DNA of 64,000 nucleotides from a virus (IMGVR_UViG_3300028569_002586:93012-157011), one strand, 5' to 3'; shown: positions 19,841-30,135, numbered from the stretch's first letter. A program made the numbers and translations. Notes: generated by a model from the letters alone, not told the origin.

Positions 19841-20747
19841 TAAACCTACAAAAGCTACATTAGAATATTGTAAGTTTACAGATTGGAAATTCATTATTGT
19901 GGGTGATTTGAAGACACCACATGATGAGTATCTTGCTCTTGAAAAGAAGTATAATGTTGAATACTTGTCACCTGAAAAGCAAGAAAAACTATATAAAGAC
20001 ATTAGCGACATAATTGGATGGAAGACCATTCAGAGAAGAAACATAGGCTTTATTGAAGCATACAATCAAGGCGCCCAAGTTATTGCTACCGTTGACGATG
20101 ATAATATTCCCTACAGCCATTGGGGTAAAAATATTCTAGTTGACAAAGAGATTGAAGTTGATGTTTACGATCCAAAAGACCATGACATTTTTGACCCTCT
20201 TTCAGTTACAGATTCGAATCATGTATGGCATAGAGGATTTCCAATTGACTACCTGCAGAAAAGACATAATGTTGAGTACAAAGGAAAAGCTTTTCGAAAA
20301 ATCTTAGCTCAAGCTGATCTTTGGGATGGTGATCCTGATATTGATGCTATAGCTAGATTGACTCATAAACCAATAGTTAAGTATTCTGAAATCACTGCCC
20401 CTTATTGCAGTAACTTCAGATCACCATTTAACAGCCAAAATACATTCATATCCAGATCAGCTCTAAAATACTATAGCGTATGGCCACATGTAGGCAGAAT
20501 GGATGACATTTGGGCAAGTTATTACTTCCAACAAAAATTTCCTAACAGCTTAATATACAATACTGCTTCTGTTTATCAGGAAAGAAATATTCAAGATCTT
20601 ATAACAAACCTAGAGAAGGAGATCATAGGATACAGAAATACTCTCAACTTCACCAAACTACTAGAAACCACAGAAGTAAAAGACATACCCTTTGTACCAC
20701 AAGCTACCAAAGACTTTATAGTTGAATACGAGAAACATTTCAATTAA
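19812..20747 (+). CDS. STELLO/RGP (GT75-like) protein
   Basis: IVTTTIN, VGDLKTP, RRNIGF, TVDDDN, RGFP, GDPDIDAI, FNSQNT, RMDDIW. Confidence 0.8.
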   Translation: MKYIVTTTINKPTKATLEYCKFTDWKFIIVGDLKTPHDEYLALEKKYNVEYLSPEKQEKLYKDISDIIGWKTIQRRNIGFIEAYNQGAQVIATVDDDNIPYSHWGKNILVDKEIEVDVYDPKDHDIFDPLSVTDSNHVWHRGFPIDYLQKRHNVEYKGKAFRKILAQADLWDGDPDIDAIARLTHKPIVKYSEITAPYCSNFRSPFNSQNTFISRSALKYYSVWPHVGRMDDIWASYYFQQKFPNSLIYNTASVYQERNIQDLITNLEKEIIGYRNTLNFTKLLETTEVKDIPFVPQATKDFIVEYEKHFN

Positions 20748-20756
20748 AATTTAACA

Positions 20757-21749
20757 ATGAAAACAGCATTAGTATTAGGTGCAGGTGGGTTTATAGGCAG
20801 CCATCTTGTTACAAGATTAAAAGAGAATGGTTATTTTGTTCGTGGTGTTGATTTAAAACTTCCAGAATATTCAGGATCCACAGCTAATGAATTCATACTT
20901 GGTGATTTGCGCAACCAGCCTTTTGTTGATAAGATTTTAAACATCAATTGTAATGCACAAGACAAACAAGCAGTACCTTTTGATGAGGTTTATCAGTTAG
21001 CTGCTGATATGGGTGGTGCAGGCTATATATTCTCTGGTGATCATGATGCAGATGTGATGCATAATTCAGCTACCATAAATCTTAATGTTGCTGATGTTTG
21101 CAAAAGACACGGTGTTAAGAAAGTTTTTTATAGTAGTAGCGCTTGCATGTATCCAGAGCACAATCAGCTTGATCCTAACAATCCAAACTGTGAAGAAAGC
21201 TCAGCTTACCCAGCCAATCCTGATAGTGAATATGGTTGGGAAAAGCTTTTTAGTGAGCGTCTCTTTTTAGCTTACAAGAGAAATTATAATTTAAATGTCT
21301 GTATAGCAAGATTTCATAACATCTTTGGCCTACAAGGCTCCTGGAGCAATGGCAAAGAAAAGGCACCTGCTGCTATCTGCAGAAAAGTAGCAGAAGCAAA
21401 AGATGGCGGTGAAATTGAGATTTGGGGAGACGGTGAACAGACAAGAAGCTTTCTGTACATTGACGAGTGTTTGGATGGTATATTGAAGCTAATGTCCTCT
21501 GATTTCACTGGCCCAGTAAACATTGGCTCAGAACAAAGAGTTACTATCAATCAATTGGTAGACATTGCTTGTGATATTGCAGGCAAAAAGCTAATCAAAA
21601 AACACATCAAAGGACCCACAGGTGTAAGGGGTCGCAATTCAGACAACAAGCTCATTAAAGAAAAATTAAATTGGGCACCTTCGCAGGATCTTAGAATTGG
21701 CTTGGAAAAGACATACAATTGGATTAACAGTCAAGTTCACAGCAGTTGA
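20757..21749 (+). CDS. GDP-mannose 3',5'-epimerase-like SDR
   Basis: GAGGFIG, QLAADMGG, SSSACMYP, YGWEKL, EKAPAA, GVRGRNSDN. Confidence 0.9.
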   Translation: MKTALVLGAGGFIGSHLVTRLKENGYFVRGVDLKLPEYSGSTANEFILGDLRNQPFVDKILNINCNAQDKQAVPFDEVYQLAADMGGAGYIFSGDHDADVMHNSATINLNVADVCKRHGVKKVFYSSSACMYPEHNQLDPNNPNCEESSAYPANPDSEYGWEKLFSERLFLAYKRNYNLNVCIARFHNIFGLQGSWSNGKEKAPAAICRKVAEAKDGGEIEIWGDGEQTRSFLYIDECLDGILKLMSSDFTGPVNIGSEQRVTINQLVDIACDIAGKKLIKKHIKGPTGVRGRNSDNKLIKEKLNWAPSQDLRIGLEKTYNWINSQVHSS

Positions 21750-21773
21750 TATTTTAAAATTTTATACTAGAAT
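21746..21773 (+). promoter_or_regulatory. sigma70-like promoter, leaderless
   Basis: TTGATA-16-TAGAAT-6-ATG(21780). Confidence 0.6.
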
Positions 21774-21779
21774 AGACAT

Positions 21780-22364
21780 ATGATTATTGACCAGAAGATC
21801 TACGACGGTAACCTGATTCATTCACGATTTGCATACAAGTACTTTAAAGACCGTACGCTCCCCATTGGCAACATTGTTGTTTTCAGAGCGCCCATGAAAG
21901 TGGAAGCTGCAGGCATGATTGACACAGAAGACATTCTTAATAATGATTTCATCTACAGTGATGATGCTATTAACTTTTGCTGGGAAATTCCTAACCTGGA
22001 TCCCTTTGGTGCAGTTGCTTGGCAGAGACTTTTCAATACCCAGATAGCAAACATACTTGGCAATACGTATCTCAAAGCACCCATTGAAGTTGATGGTGAT
22101 GATTTAATTGTTCACAAGGAACACAATCAAGGTGGCATTGAGCAGAAGAAGGGCAAGTGTAGTGTCAGTATTACATATTCTAAGAACAATGTTGCTTTAG
22201 GTCATACGGGTATCAATATTGCTGCAGGCAAGAAAGCACCTGCATTTGCTTACTCTACTAATCTTACAGATGAACAAGCAACAGCTTTTATGAAGAATGT
22301 TATTGATGTATTCTATAGCTTAAATGATGACATCTTTATTGCCACCTCCAAAGTTATTGCTTAA
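21780..22364 (+). CDS. DUF366-like protein
   Basis: YDG, IVVFR.PM.V, MID.ED, QRLF, GDDL, K.SVSI, HTGINI match my recollection of DUF366. Confidence 0.65.
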   Translation: MIIDQKIYDGNLIHSRFAYKYFKDRTLPIGNIVVFRAPMKVEAAGMIDTEDILNNDFIYSDDAINFCWEIPNLDPFGAVAWQRLFNTQIANILGNTYLKAPIEVDGDDLIVHKEHNQGGIEQKKGKCSVSITYSKNNVALGHTGINIAAGKKAPAFAYSTNLTDEQATAFMKNVIDVFYSLNDDIFIATSKVIA

Positions 22365-22732
22365 TGTCAATATTTGACTTCTTAAAAGATATTTTATTCC
22401 TCAAGAATAAACAATCTCTTGCCAATGTGGATAATGAGTCTGCATTTTCACCATATATGGTTAACAGATGGTCAAGCATGTATTCAAATCAGGTAGCACT
22501 AAGATGCAATATCTTGAACAAGTACTTTGCCTTTAGTCCTATAAAGACTGATGTGTTCAATCTCTTCTTTCATTTCCTGCCTAGAGTTGTACAGAGAAAA
22601 ATTACTTACTTCAAGAAGACCAAAGAAGAAAAACAGCCGGATAACAACAATGATTTACTTGCTAAATCTCTTGAAGTTTCAACAAGAGAAGTTGAAAACT
22701 ACACTGATATGTTGAAAACTCTAAAAAGGTAA
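22364..22732 (+). CDS. clamp loader small subunit (gp62-like)
   Basis: MSIFDFLKDI, FSPYMVNRWSSM, S.REVENY. Confidence 0.65.
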   Translation: MSIFDFLKDILFLKNKQSLANVDNESAFSPYMVNRWSSMYSNQVALRCNILNKYFAFSPIKTDVFNLFFHFLPRVVQRKITYFKKTKEEKQPDNNNDLLAKSLEVSTREVENYTDMLKTLKR

Positions 22733-22744
22733 TTAATTATACAT

Positions 22745-23188
22745 ATGCCTGCAAATATTGACGCACTACCGACACAAAAAAGTTTAATTGATTTAGCTGA
22801 ACTGCCCAAAAATTCATTTAACTCTACATTTCTTGGCTTCAATTTGAAGAAGCTGTTAGATGATGTGATGCTTGTTAAGTTTGTTGATGAATCTACAGAT
22901 GGTGCTGCTATTATTCGCAATGGGATTCATATCCCAACAAATGCTGATACAAGAGCATGGAGAATTGGTGAAGTCATTCTTGCTGGTCCTAACGTTAAGC
23001 ATACAGTGATTGGCGATTTTGTTTGCTTTCCCAACAACCTGGGCATGCCTGTTGCAAACCTGGATGTTGATGGTTATGGCACCTTGAAAAAAGGTATCTT
23101 TTTGAATGAACAGCGCATATTTGGCATATGTTCTGTTAGACAAGAAAAAGATACTATTGCAGCTAACGTGTTAAAGAAGAAGAAATAA
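22745..23188 (+). CDS. GroES-like co-chaperonin
   Basis: LDDVMLV, GIHIP, GEVILAGP, GDFV, LNEQRIFG. Confidence 0.75.
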   Translation: MPANIDALPTQKSLIDLAELPKNSFNSTFLGFNLKKLLDDVMLVKFVDESTDGAAIIRNGIHIPTNADTRAWRIGEVILAGPNVKHTVIGDFVCFPNNLGMPVANLDVDGYGTLKKGIFLNEQRIFGICSVRQEKDTIAANVLKKKK

Positions 23189-23193
23189 CCTTC

Positions 23194-23571
23194 ATGAAGG
23201 TATCCTTTTCAACACTAAAAACATTAGTGCTTACTAATGTTGTTGAAATAAAGTTTGCGCGCAAGAGACCCAAGGCAGGATTTCCACCCACCAGAAGAAT
23301 GCTTTGCACAAACAGCTTCCCTCTGTTAAATAGCCCGGAAGGTAGATTGGCCCTCAACTTCAAGCCTGCAAAAACAGTGCCCAAGTTTAATATGGTGGAA
23401 AGAAATGTTTTAATTGTGTGGGATATCTTTATGCAAAATTTCAGGTGTATAAACATGAGTGCTTGTAATTTAATTTCTGTTATTCCAGCCAATAAAGAAT
23501 TCTGGAAATATTTCAACCAAAAGCTAGCCAGGCTTTCTGTACAACAAAAAATGGTATTCATGAACAAATGA
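23194..23571 (+). CDS. WYL_2/SH3-like phage protein
   Basis: VVEIKF.R...RRMLCT...VWDI...FRCI. Confidence 0.5.
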   Translation: MKVSFSTLKTLVLTNVVEIKFARKRPKAGFPPTRRMLCTNSFPLLNSPEGRLALNFKPAKTVPKFNMVERNVLIVWDIFMQNFRCINMSACNLISVIPANKEFWKYFNQKLARLSVQQKMVFMNK

Positions 23572-23915
23572 TTTCTCCTGAAATAGTAGAAGCGGAAATT
23601 GTTAAAAATTTACAAAAAAAAGTAGATTTTATTCTTGAGAATAAAACTCTCAAGACAGGAAAAATTCTTTTATTTTCAGTAAAAGATTTTTATTGCACAT
23701 TCTTATTGGATGTAGAGCACAAGAAGAAGAAGATTTTGTATGAAATTCCTTATCCGTATAACTTTGAAAAAGTTAATACAGGTTTCATCTTTGACTATAC
23801 ACTTGAGACATTCTTTAAAAACAACTCTCATATTGAAGATAATATAAGCATCTTCCGCGGCTCAAAAACTTCTAAAATTTTCAATAAGAAACTATTATTA
23901 AAAATTTATATATAA
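23568..23915 (+). CDS. hypothetical protein
   Basis: 115 aa, coupled to the upstream gene. Confidence 0.6.
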   Translation: MISPEIVEAEIVKNLQKKVDFILENKTLKTGKILLFSVKDFYCTFLLDVEHKKKKILYEIPYPYNFEKVNTGFIFDYTLETFFKNNSHIEDNISIFRGSKTSKIFNKKLLLKIYI

Positions 23916-23942
23916 TCCGTGTTTGTAGTATATAATTAACTT

Positions 23943-25574
23943 GTGTTCAGTCGCTATTTAAATCATTTTCCAAAAGAATATAGTCCCTCTCCACAGCAAA
24001 TTAAGCTCATTAAGAGTGTGGAGAATGCTTTTAATAAGGGAAAAAAATTTGTAATTGCTTGTGCACCTACTGGATCTGGAAAAAGCTTTCTTTCCAAAAC
24101 TATATCCGGACTTGGTCAAAAGCCTTCTGCAGAATTCATCAATCTGATCAAAAGCTACAGCGCCTATAAACAAGACTATACTGGTAACTATATAAGTGAG
24201 GTTGAATGCATGTCACAGCCCCCCTTTGGTACATTTGCTCTAACTATCACCAAGTCTTTACAAGATCAATATCTCTCACTATTTCCTGACACTGATCTTT
24301 TGAAAGGTAAGACAAATTACATTTGTGATGTGGATCCAAATTTTGATGTGGAAACTGCACCTTGTTTGTTTGTGAGCTCTTTGAAAGATGACTGCTGTAA
24401 AGCAAATAGATGCCCCTATTATAATGCAAGAAATACAGCTTTACTTTCTCCCTTTGCAGCACTTAACTACAAAATGTTTCTTGCGCTTCCAAGACATCTG
24501 AAACGCAAAAACTTTATCATATGTGATGAGGCAAGTGAACTTGAAGATGAGCTTGTTAGACAATTCTCTGCAGAAATTAATTACGAACGTCTTAAAAATT
24601 ATGGCATAAATTACAGGATACTCACCACAGAGAGTTATGACAAAGCAAGAGCATGGATAAGTGATCTGCTCTTATGTGTGAGTGAAAAGATTAATGCACT
24701 GTCAACAAAAGCCATCAAAAAGCAAAATGTATTCTCACAACCTGACAGAATCAAACTTCTATATCTCAAGAATCTGTCAAACTCTCTTCTCATGGTTGAT
24801 ACATTATGGACAGATTGTGAATTTATAATTGACAGAGATTCCAAGCGAGCAGTCTTTACTCCATTAAAGATTAACAGGCTTTCAAAGAACATCTTTGACC
24901 ATGGGGACAATATCTTGCTCATGTCTGCTACAATTATTGATCATAAGAATTTTGCCAAGACACTTGGCATAACAGATTATGAATATGTGGAAGTTGAGAG
25001 TGAGTTTAGTCCCGATAAATCTCCCATCTATGTAACATCAAAAAACAAATTGAACTATAAGAACTATAGAGTGCTCTTACCTGAGATAGCTGATCAAATA
25101 AAAACAATCATAGAACACCACAAGAATGATAAAGGCATCATTCATACTCATAGCCAAGAGATCACCAACATATTGAGAGACAAGCTTAGAGGAAATAAAA
25201 GGTTTCTTTTCAGAGATGAAACGTCAAATAATGAGGCAATTCTCAAGGAACATTATAATACTGATTTTCCTACTATTCTCATGTCACCGTCTCTTTCTTA
25301 TGGTGTTGATCTTAAAGATGATCTGGCAAGATTTCAGATTATTGTAAAACTGCCATTTCCACCGCTTTCTGTTAAACGTATCAAGAAAATGTTTGATTTG
25401 GACAAAGATTGGTATGAGAACAAGATGCTGAATACTCTTGTGCAAGCATGCGGAAGAGCCACAAGAAGTAAAAATGATTTCTCTACTACCTATATCCTTG
25501 ATGGCAATATTGTTAACACTCTCAAAAGAACACGCTCAAAACTACCTCAATCATTTATAGATAGGATAGTTTAA
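23943..25574 (+). CDS. DinG/Rad3-like SF2 helicase
   Basis: APTGSGKS, Cys cluster (C..C..C.RCPY), DEAS, MSAT, GVDL, KLPFP, QACGRATRS. Confidence 0.9.
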   Translation: MFSRYLNHFPKEYSPSPQQIKLIKSVENAFNKGKKFVIACAPTGSGKSFLSKTISGLGQKPSAEFINLIKSYSAYKQDYTGNYISEVECMSQPPFGTFALTITKSLQDQYLSLFPDTDLLKGKTNYICDVDPNFDVETAPCLFVSSLKDDCCKANRCPYYNARNTALLSPFAALNYKMFLALPRHLKRKNFIICDEASELEDELVRQFSAEINYERLKNYGINYRILTTESYDKARAWISDLLLCVSEKINALSTKAIKKQNVFSQPDRIKLLYLKNLSNSLLMVDTLWTDCEFIIDRDSKRAVFTPLKINRLSKNIFDHGDNILLMSATIIDHKNFAKTLGITDYEYVEVESEFSPDKSPIYVTSKNKLNYKNYRVLLPEIADQIKTIIEHHKNDKGIIHTHSQEITNILRDKLRGNKRFLFRDETSNNEAILKEHYNTDFPTILMSPSLSYGVDLKDDLARFQIIVKLPFPPLSVKRIKKMFDLDKDWYENKMLNTLVQACGRATRSKNDFSTTYILDGNIVNTLKRTRSKLPQSFIDRIV

Positions 25575-25585
25575 TAAATAATTGA

Positions 25586-26389
25586 GTGAGAAACATCACA
25601 TTTCACTTTGAAATAAAAGATCTTATAACTCAGTTTGTTACTGCGTTTGATAATATTATCATAAAACGGTATGATAGTAACAGAGTACCACAGAATTTAC
25701 TGCAAGTGCGATATGTTTACTCTCCCAAACAAAGAGTAATGTATGACCTGGTTAACAAAGCACAAAACCTAACAGTGCCTGTTGTGGCTGTAAACATCAC
25801 AAGTGTGAGCAGAGATGAGACCCGGGTTTTCAATAAATTAAATGGCTTTTATTTTTCAAAAGGCACTTCTGATACCAGTGCAAAAAGCAAGAGTACTTTT
25901 GTTGCTTCACCAATACCAGTCAACATTGGCATAAACATGTCCATATTAACCAAGTTTCAATCTGACATGGATCAAATCATAAGCAACTTTGTTCCATACA
26001 ACAATCCTTACATCATCATATCTTGGAAAGTGCCTCAAGATTTGGCTGCAGAAGGCTTGTCACCTCTGCAAGAAATTCGTAGTGAAGTTCTTTGGGATGG
26101 TAACATTGCTCTCAGCTACCCAACAGACATTAATGCATCTGACAAATATCGTATTGCAGGAGACACAACATTCATTATCAAGGGATGGCTGTTTCAAGCT
26201 TCAAAGGATAGTGTAAGCAATATATTCTATGTTGATGCTAATTTTTATAATAGTAGAATCATTTCTAATTATGAGACCTTAAGCTCCATAGATTATGCAG
26301 CTTCACCTTCTGGTGAAATTATATCAACAACTGAGACAGTAAGTGTGTCAGGATTCCCTCAAATAACAAACATTGATTACCAGCTCTAA
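25586..26389 (+). CDS. tail terminator/sheath stabiliser (gp15-like)
   Basis: F..AFDNIIIKR, V.YVYSPKQ, DMDQII..F.P, FIIKGWLF; late promoter. Confidence 0.75.
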   Translation: MRNITFHFEIKDLITQFVTAFDNIIIKRYDSNRVPQNLLQVRYVYSPKQRVMYDLVNKAQNLTVPVVAVNITSVSRDETRVFNKLNGFYFSKGTSDTSAKSKSTFVASPIPVNIGINMSILTKFQSDMDQIISNFVPYNNPYIIISWKVPQDLAAEGLSPLQEIRSEVLWDGNIALSYPTDINASDKYRIAGDTTFIIKGWLFQASKDSVSNIFYVDANFYNSRIISNYETLSSIDYAASPSGEIISTTETVSVSGFPQITNIDYQL

Positions 26390-26390
26390 A

Positions 26391-26720
26391 ATGAATATTA
26401 TAACTGTAGCTTCAGGGTTAACTGCCAGTATTGCTTTTGAGGGGTATTTTTATGATAAACTGAATGCTGTCTATTTGAGCGCTTCAAATGCTTCTGCATT
26501 CCCATATGTAAGCGCAGTAAATCTCTTTCCATCCAACACTGCTCTTGCTACTGCATTTCCACCATTCTCCGGTTACCCGTGGCAAAATTATACTGTATTA
26601 AACAACAATAAACTGTTTGTATACTTCTACAATAACAGTAGTTCTTTATTTGACATCATATTAGTCAATAACGCAGGGTATTCAAAATTATCAAGCAGGA
26701 ATTATCTGCTATCAAGCTAG
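26391..26720 (+). CDS. small Ser-rich structural protein
   Basis: ATG 26391; lies between gp15-like and portal. Confidence 0.55.
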   Translation: MNIITVASGLTASIAFEGYFYDKLNAVYLSASNASAFPYVSAVNLFPSNTALATAFPPFSGYPWQNYTVLNNNKLFVYFYNNSSSLFDIILVNNAGYSKLSSRNYLLSS

Positions 26721-26768
26721 ATAACATATAGATCTTTTAATATTATAGTGTATCATAAATAATACTAT

Positions 26769-28565
26769 ATGGCAGACTCCAATCGTGAATCTACGTTCGG
26801 CAGGGACTTGATGAAGTTTGTCTCCTCTAAACTACCATATCAATCTGTGGATGTTGCATCAAAAGTTAATGCTCTTAATCCGAAATATGAACTCTTTTAC
26901 AGTCAAGGCACCAAATATAACGATGCTCTGTCAAGACAATCCATCTCCAACACAACAACCTATTCAGAAGACTTGTATGCAAATGTTGTACAAAATAAAG
27001 ACTTCCATGAATTCATGTATGCAAATATTCAGCCTGATAAAGGCAGAAGACTCATGGATTACAGGGTCATGGCTGCTTTTGCAGAAGTGGCAGATGCATT
27101 AGATGAAATATGCGATGAATTTATTAACAAAGATGAGAGCGGTGAAGTTGCAAAAGTACAGTTCAGAGATTGTGAACTTTCTGAACAACAAAAGAATGAA
27201 ATAAGAAAAGAGTTTCAAAAGTATGTAGATTTTTTTGATCTAGAAAACAAAGGATGGGAATACTGCAGGCATCTTCTCATTGATGCTGAATTGTACTGGG
27301 AACACATTGTGCACAAAGATCACAAAGACAAGGGTGTATTAGGCATATTGCAAATACCTTCTGATACAATTGATCCTGTGTATCAAAATGTCCAGAACAT
27401 GAACATCAAGGGTTATTTGTTACGCAAGCCTATTTATGATTCCAAGAACCCTGGAAAAATTGTTAAAACTGAAATGGTTCCAATGGATCTCAATCAAGTT
27501 ACATATGTCAATTCTGGCATATGGAATGAATCAAAAACCATAAGACTGCCTTTCATTGAAAATTCTAGAAGAGCTTACAGACAATTATCTCTCATAGAAG
27601 ATTCAATCGTTATTTACCGACTGGTCAGAGCACCAGAGCGTCTTGTTTTTAATGTTGATGTGGGCAACATGGCACCACCCAAAGCTGAAGCTTACCTGCG
27701 CAAGTTAATGACAAATTATTGGTCCAAGAGAACATATGATGCAGATCAAGGTGCTTCAGTACAGAAATTTAACCCACAGTCAATGCTGGATAGTTTTTGG
27801 TTTGCAAAACGTTCTGGTAGTGAAGGTACAACTGTTACCTCGCTGCCTGGTGGACAGAATCTCGGTGAGCTTACAGACTTGATGTACTTTGTCAAAAAAC
27901 TTTACAAGAGCTTGAAGGTGCCAGTTAACAGACTTAATCCTGAAGATCAATACAATGATGGTGCAAATATTCTTAGAGAAGAATTAAAATTTGCTAGATT
28001 TGTTATCCGCTTGCAACAAAGATTTGCTGCTGGCATTACCCCAGGATTCATTACACACCTCAAGTTGAAAGGCATTTTTGACAAGATTAAGCTAAAAGAA
28101 TCAAATATAGATATTAATTTCAATGTACCTACAAACTTCTATGAGATAAGAGAGAATCAAAAATTCCAACTCAAGTTTGAAAACTTTAATAATATTACAC
28201 AGAGTGATCTTGTTTCCAAGACATATGCACAAAAGAAATATCTTGGATGGCATGACAGTGACGTCATGGCCAATAGAGAGTTTCTTAGAAAAGATAAAGA
28301 ACTTCTCTGGGAGCTTGCTCAAATTGAAAATGCTGGTCCAAATTGGAGAGAAGGCGGTGAAACTGTGCCCGGTGGTGAAGCTGGTGGCGGAGGAGCAGCT
28401 GGTGGTGCATCCATGGCTGCTGGGACACCACCTGCATTTGGCCCTGCTCCTGAAACACCTGAAGCTGGTGGTGCAGAAGGTGAAGGTGCTGGTGAAACAG
28501 GTACAGCAGCTGCAGCTCCTGAAACATCTGCTGGTGGTGGTGGGTCTTCTGCATTGCCCACATAA
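26769..28565 (+). CDS. portal protein (gp20)
   Basis: YRVMA..EVADALDEI, EDSIVIYRLVRAPERLVFNVDVGN, LPGGQNLGE, REELKFARF. Confidence 0.97.
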   Translation: MADSNRESTFGRDLMKFVSSKLPYQSVDVASKVNALNPKYELFYSQGTKYNDALSRQSISNTTTYSEDLYANVVQNKDFHEFMYANIQPDKGRRLMDYRVMAAFAEVADALDEICDEFINKDESGEVAKVQFRDCELSEQQKNEIRKEFQKYVDFFDLENKGWEYCRHLLIDAELYWEHIVHKDHKDKGVLGILQIPSDTIDPVYQNVQNMNIKGYLLRKPIYDSKNPGKIVKTEMVPMDLNQVTYVNSGIWNESKTIRLPFIENSRRAYRQLSLIEDSIVIYRLVRAPERLVFNVDVGNMAPPKAEAYLRKLMTNYWSKRTYDADQGASVQKFNPQSMLDSFWFAKRSGSEGTTVTSLPGGQNLGELTDLMYFVKKLYKSLKVPVNRLNPEDQYNDGANILREELKFARFVIRLQQRFAAGITPGFITHLKLKGIFDKIKLKESNIDINFNVPTNFYEIRENQKFQLKFENFNNITQSDLVSKTYAQKKYLGWHDSDVMANREFLRKDKELLWELAQIENAGPNWREGGETVPGGEAGGGGAAGGASMAAGTPPAFGPAPETPEAGGAEGEGAGETGTAAAAPETSAGGGGSSALPT

Positions 28566-28573
28566 ATAATTAA

Positions 28574-29656
28574 ATGGCATGCACAGAGATAACCCCGGTT
28601 TCTGCTTTTCAGAGTACTAATCTCAATAGTAAGATTGCTTCATTCTCACGTCTAAGCGAACGCGTTATGAGGTCTCTTGGAGCTCCTCTGGTCAATGTAG
28701 AAATACATCATGATCAACTGTTTGAAAATATTAGTCTTGCTTGTGAAATGTTTACTAAATTTGCAGGGTACACAGAAGAATATCTTATTTTTAATTCTGA
28801 CCTTTATGTTGATAACAAAGGTCTCAAGTTAGACGAGCTCTTCAGCATCACACCCTACTTTAACAAAGTCATTAACCCTGCAAAACCTACAGTTTATGCT
28901 GCAACTTCTTCCATCCCTGGAACAGCGTTCAGCACATCCTACCTGCTGTCAACAACATATGTTGACGGTATTTTCAAAAATCAAATTCTCACATCAACTA
29001 ATTATTTGAGTGTTATAAATTTTGATGCTACACTTTCTGGTTATTTCCTGGCTTCATCCAACAGCAACAAAGAACAAATTGTCAACAGCTTTGATTATGA
29101 TATCATGGATTACAGGAAAGTCATGGACATAGTAGACTTTGAAGAAGGCACTAGCACAGGTATTAATACTCTGTTCACCATTGAGCAAACTCTTGCTCAA
29201 CAAACATATTTTAGCTACGCCATGGGTAATTATGGCTTTGATTTAATCAGCTGGTATGTTCTTAAGAACTGGCTGAAAGATCGTGAGAAGATGTTAGCAC
29301 AGAGAAGACATTTAACATTTGATGACAGAACACAATACATGGTCATGTTTCCCCCGCCCAGAACACCAGGCTCAGGATCTCAATTCTGGGGAATAGTTAA
29401 ATGTTATGTGGAAAGAGCATTGAGAGACATCATCAAAGAGCCTTGGGTGTATCAATATGCTCTTGCATTGAGTAAAATAACCGTTGGCAACATACGTGGT
29501 AAATATCAAGGCACAAGTCTTTTCGGGGGAGGTCAAATCAATGGCACAGATCTTCTCTCGCAAGGCTTGGCTGAAAAAGAAAAACTTGAGACTGCTCTGC
29601 AAGAAGGGCCCCCAGGGTTCGGTGATGCTGATCCACCCATGTTTTTTGTAGGATAA
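28574..29656 (+). CDS. neck protein (gp13-like)
   Basis: RSLGAPLVNVEI..DQ, WVYQYALALSK...G.IRGKY....GGGQING. Confidence 0.88.
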   Translation: MACTEITPVSAFQSTNLNSKIASFSRLSERVMRSLGAPLVNVEIHHDQLFENISLACEMFTKFAGYTEEYLIFNSDLYVDNKGLKLDELFSITPYFNKVINPAKPTVYAATSSIPGTAFSTSYLLSTTYVDGIFKNQILTSTNYLSVINFDATLSGYFLASSNSNKEQIVNSFDYDIMDYRKVMDIVDFEEGTSTGINTLFTIEQTLAQQTYFSYAMGNYGFDLISWYVLKNWLKDREKMLAQRRHLTFDDRTQYMVMFPPPRTPGSGSQFWGIVKCYVERALRDIIKEPWVYQYALALSKITVGNIRGKYQGTSLFGGGQINGTDLLSQGLAEKEKLETALQEGPPGFGDADPPMFFVG

Positions 29657-29657
29657 A

Positions 29658-30119
29658 ATGCTACCTCTCAGAAAAGATGACAAGTACAGGCAAGGGGTGT
29701 TTAAACCAAAAAACGCATCAAAATACATTGGTAAAACACATCCAGTCTACAGATCAGGATGGGAATTAAAATTCTTTAGATGGTGTGATGATAACGATAA
29801 CATACTGGAGTGGGCCAGTGAAGCAATTATTATACCATATACAAATCCTGTGGACGGCAAAGTGCATAGATACTACACAGATGGCGTAATAGTTATTAAA
29901 GAGGGTGAAACAAGAGCAAGGTACATAATTGAAATTAAACCATCAAGTCAGCTCAAAGTGCCAGTCAGAGGGAAAAAGCGGCAACAAACTGTTTTATATG
30001 AGAATCTTAGGTACATCCAGAACCAATCCAAATGGAAAGCTGCTAAAACATGGTGCGACAAACATGGTTATAAATTCTTAATCTTGACTGAAAAGGAACT
30101 AGGACTAAGTAAAAAGTAA
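29658..30119 (+). CDS. head completion nuclease (gp4-like)
   Basis: FKPKN..KYIG, YRSGWE..F..WCD, WASE, HRYYTD, IEIKP, ILTEKEL. Confidence 0.93.
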   Translation: MLPLRKDDKYRQGVFKPKNASKYIGKTHPVYRSGWELKFFRWCDDNDNILEWASEAIIIPYTNPVDGKVHRYYTDGVIVIKEGETRARYIIEIKPSSQLKVPVRGKKRQQTVLYENLRYIQNQSKWKAAKTWCDKHGYKFLILTEKELGLSKK

Positions 30120-30127
30120 CAGAAAGA

Positions 30128-30135
30128 TATAAATA
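30128..30135 (+). promoter_or_regulatory. T4-type late promoter
   Basis: TATAAATA 5 nt before the gp21 ATG. Confidence 0.75.

Noticed and set aside
10897-21749. Bacterial O-antigen/capsule locus, prophage flank or giant-virus origin
   Set aside because: No wzx/wzy or export genes and no integrase; interleaved with phage late genes and a T4-like head module
28101-28580. Several overlapping alternative ORFs at the portal 3' end
   Set aside because: By-products of the GC-rich, stop-poor low-complexity portal tail; no promoters or motifs
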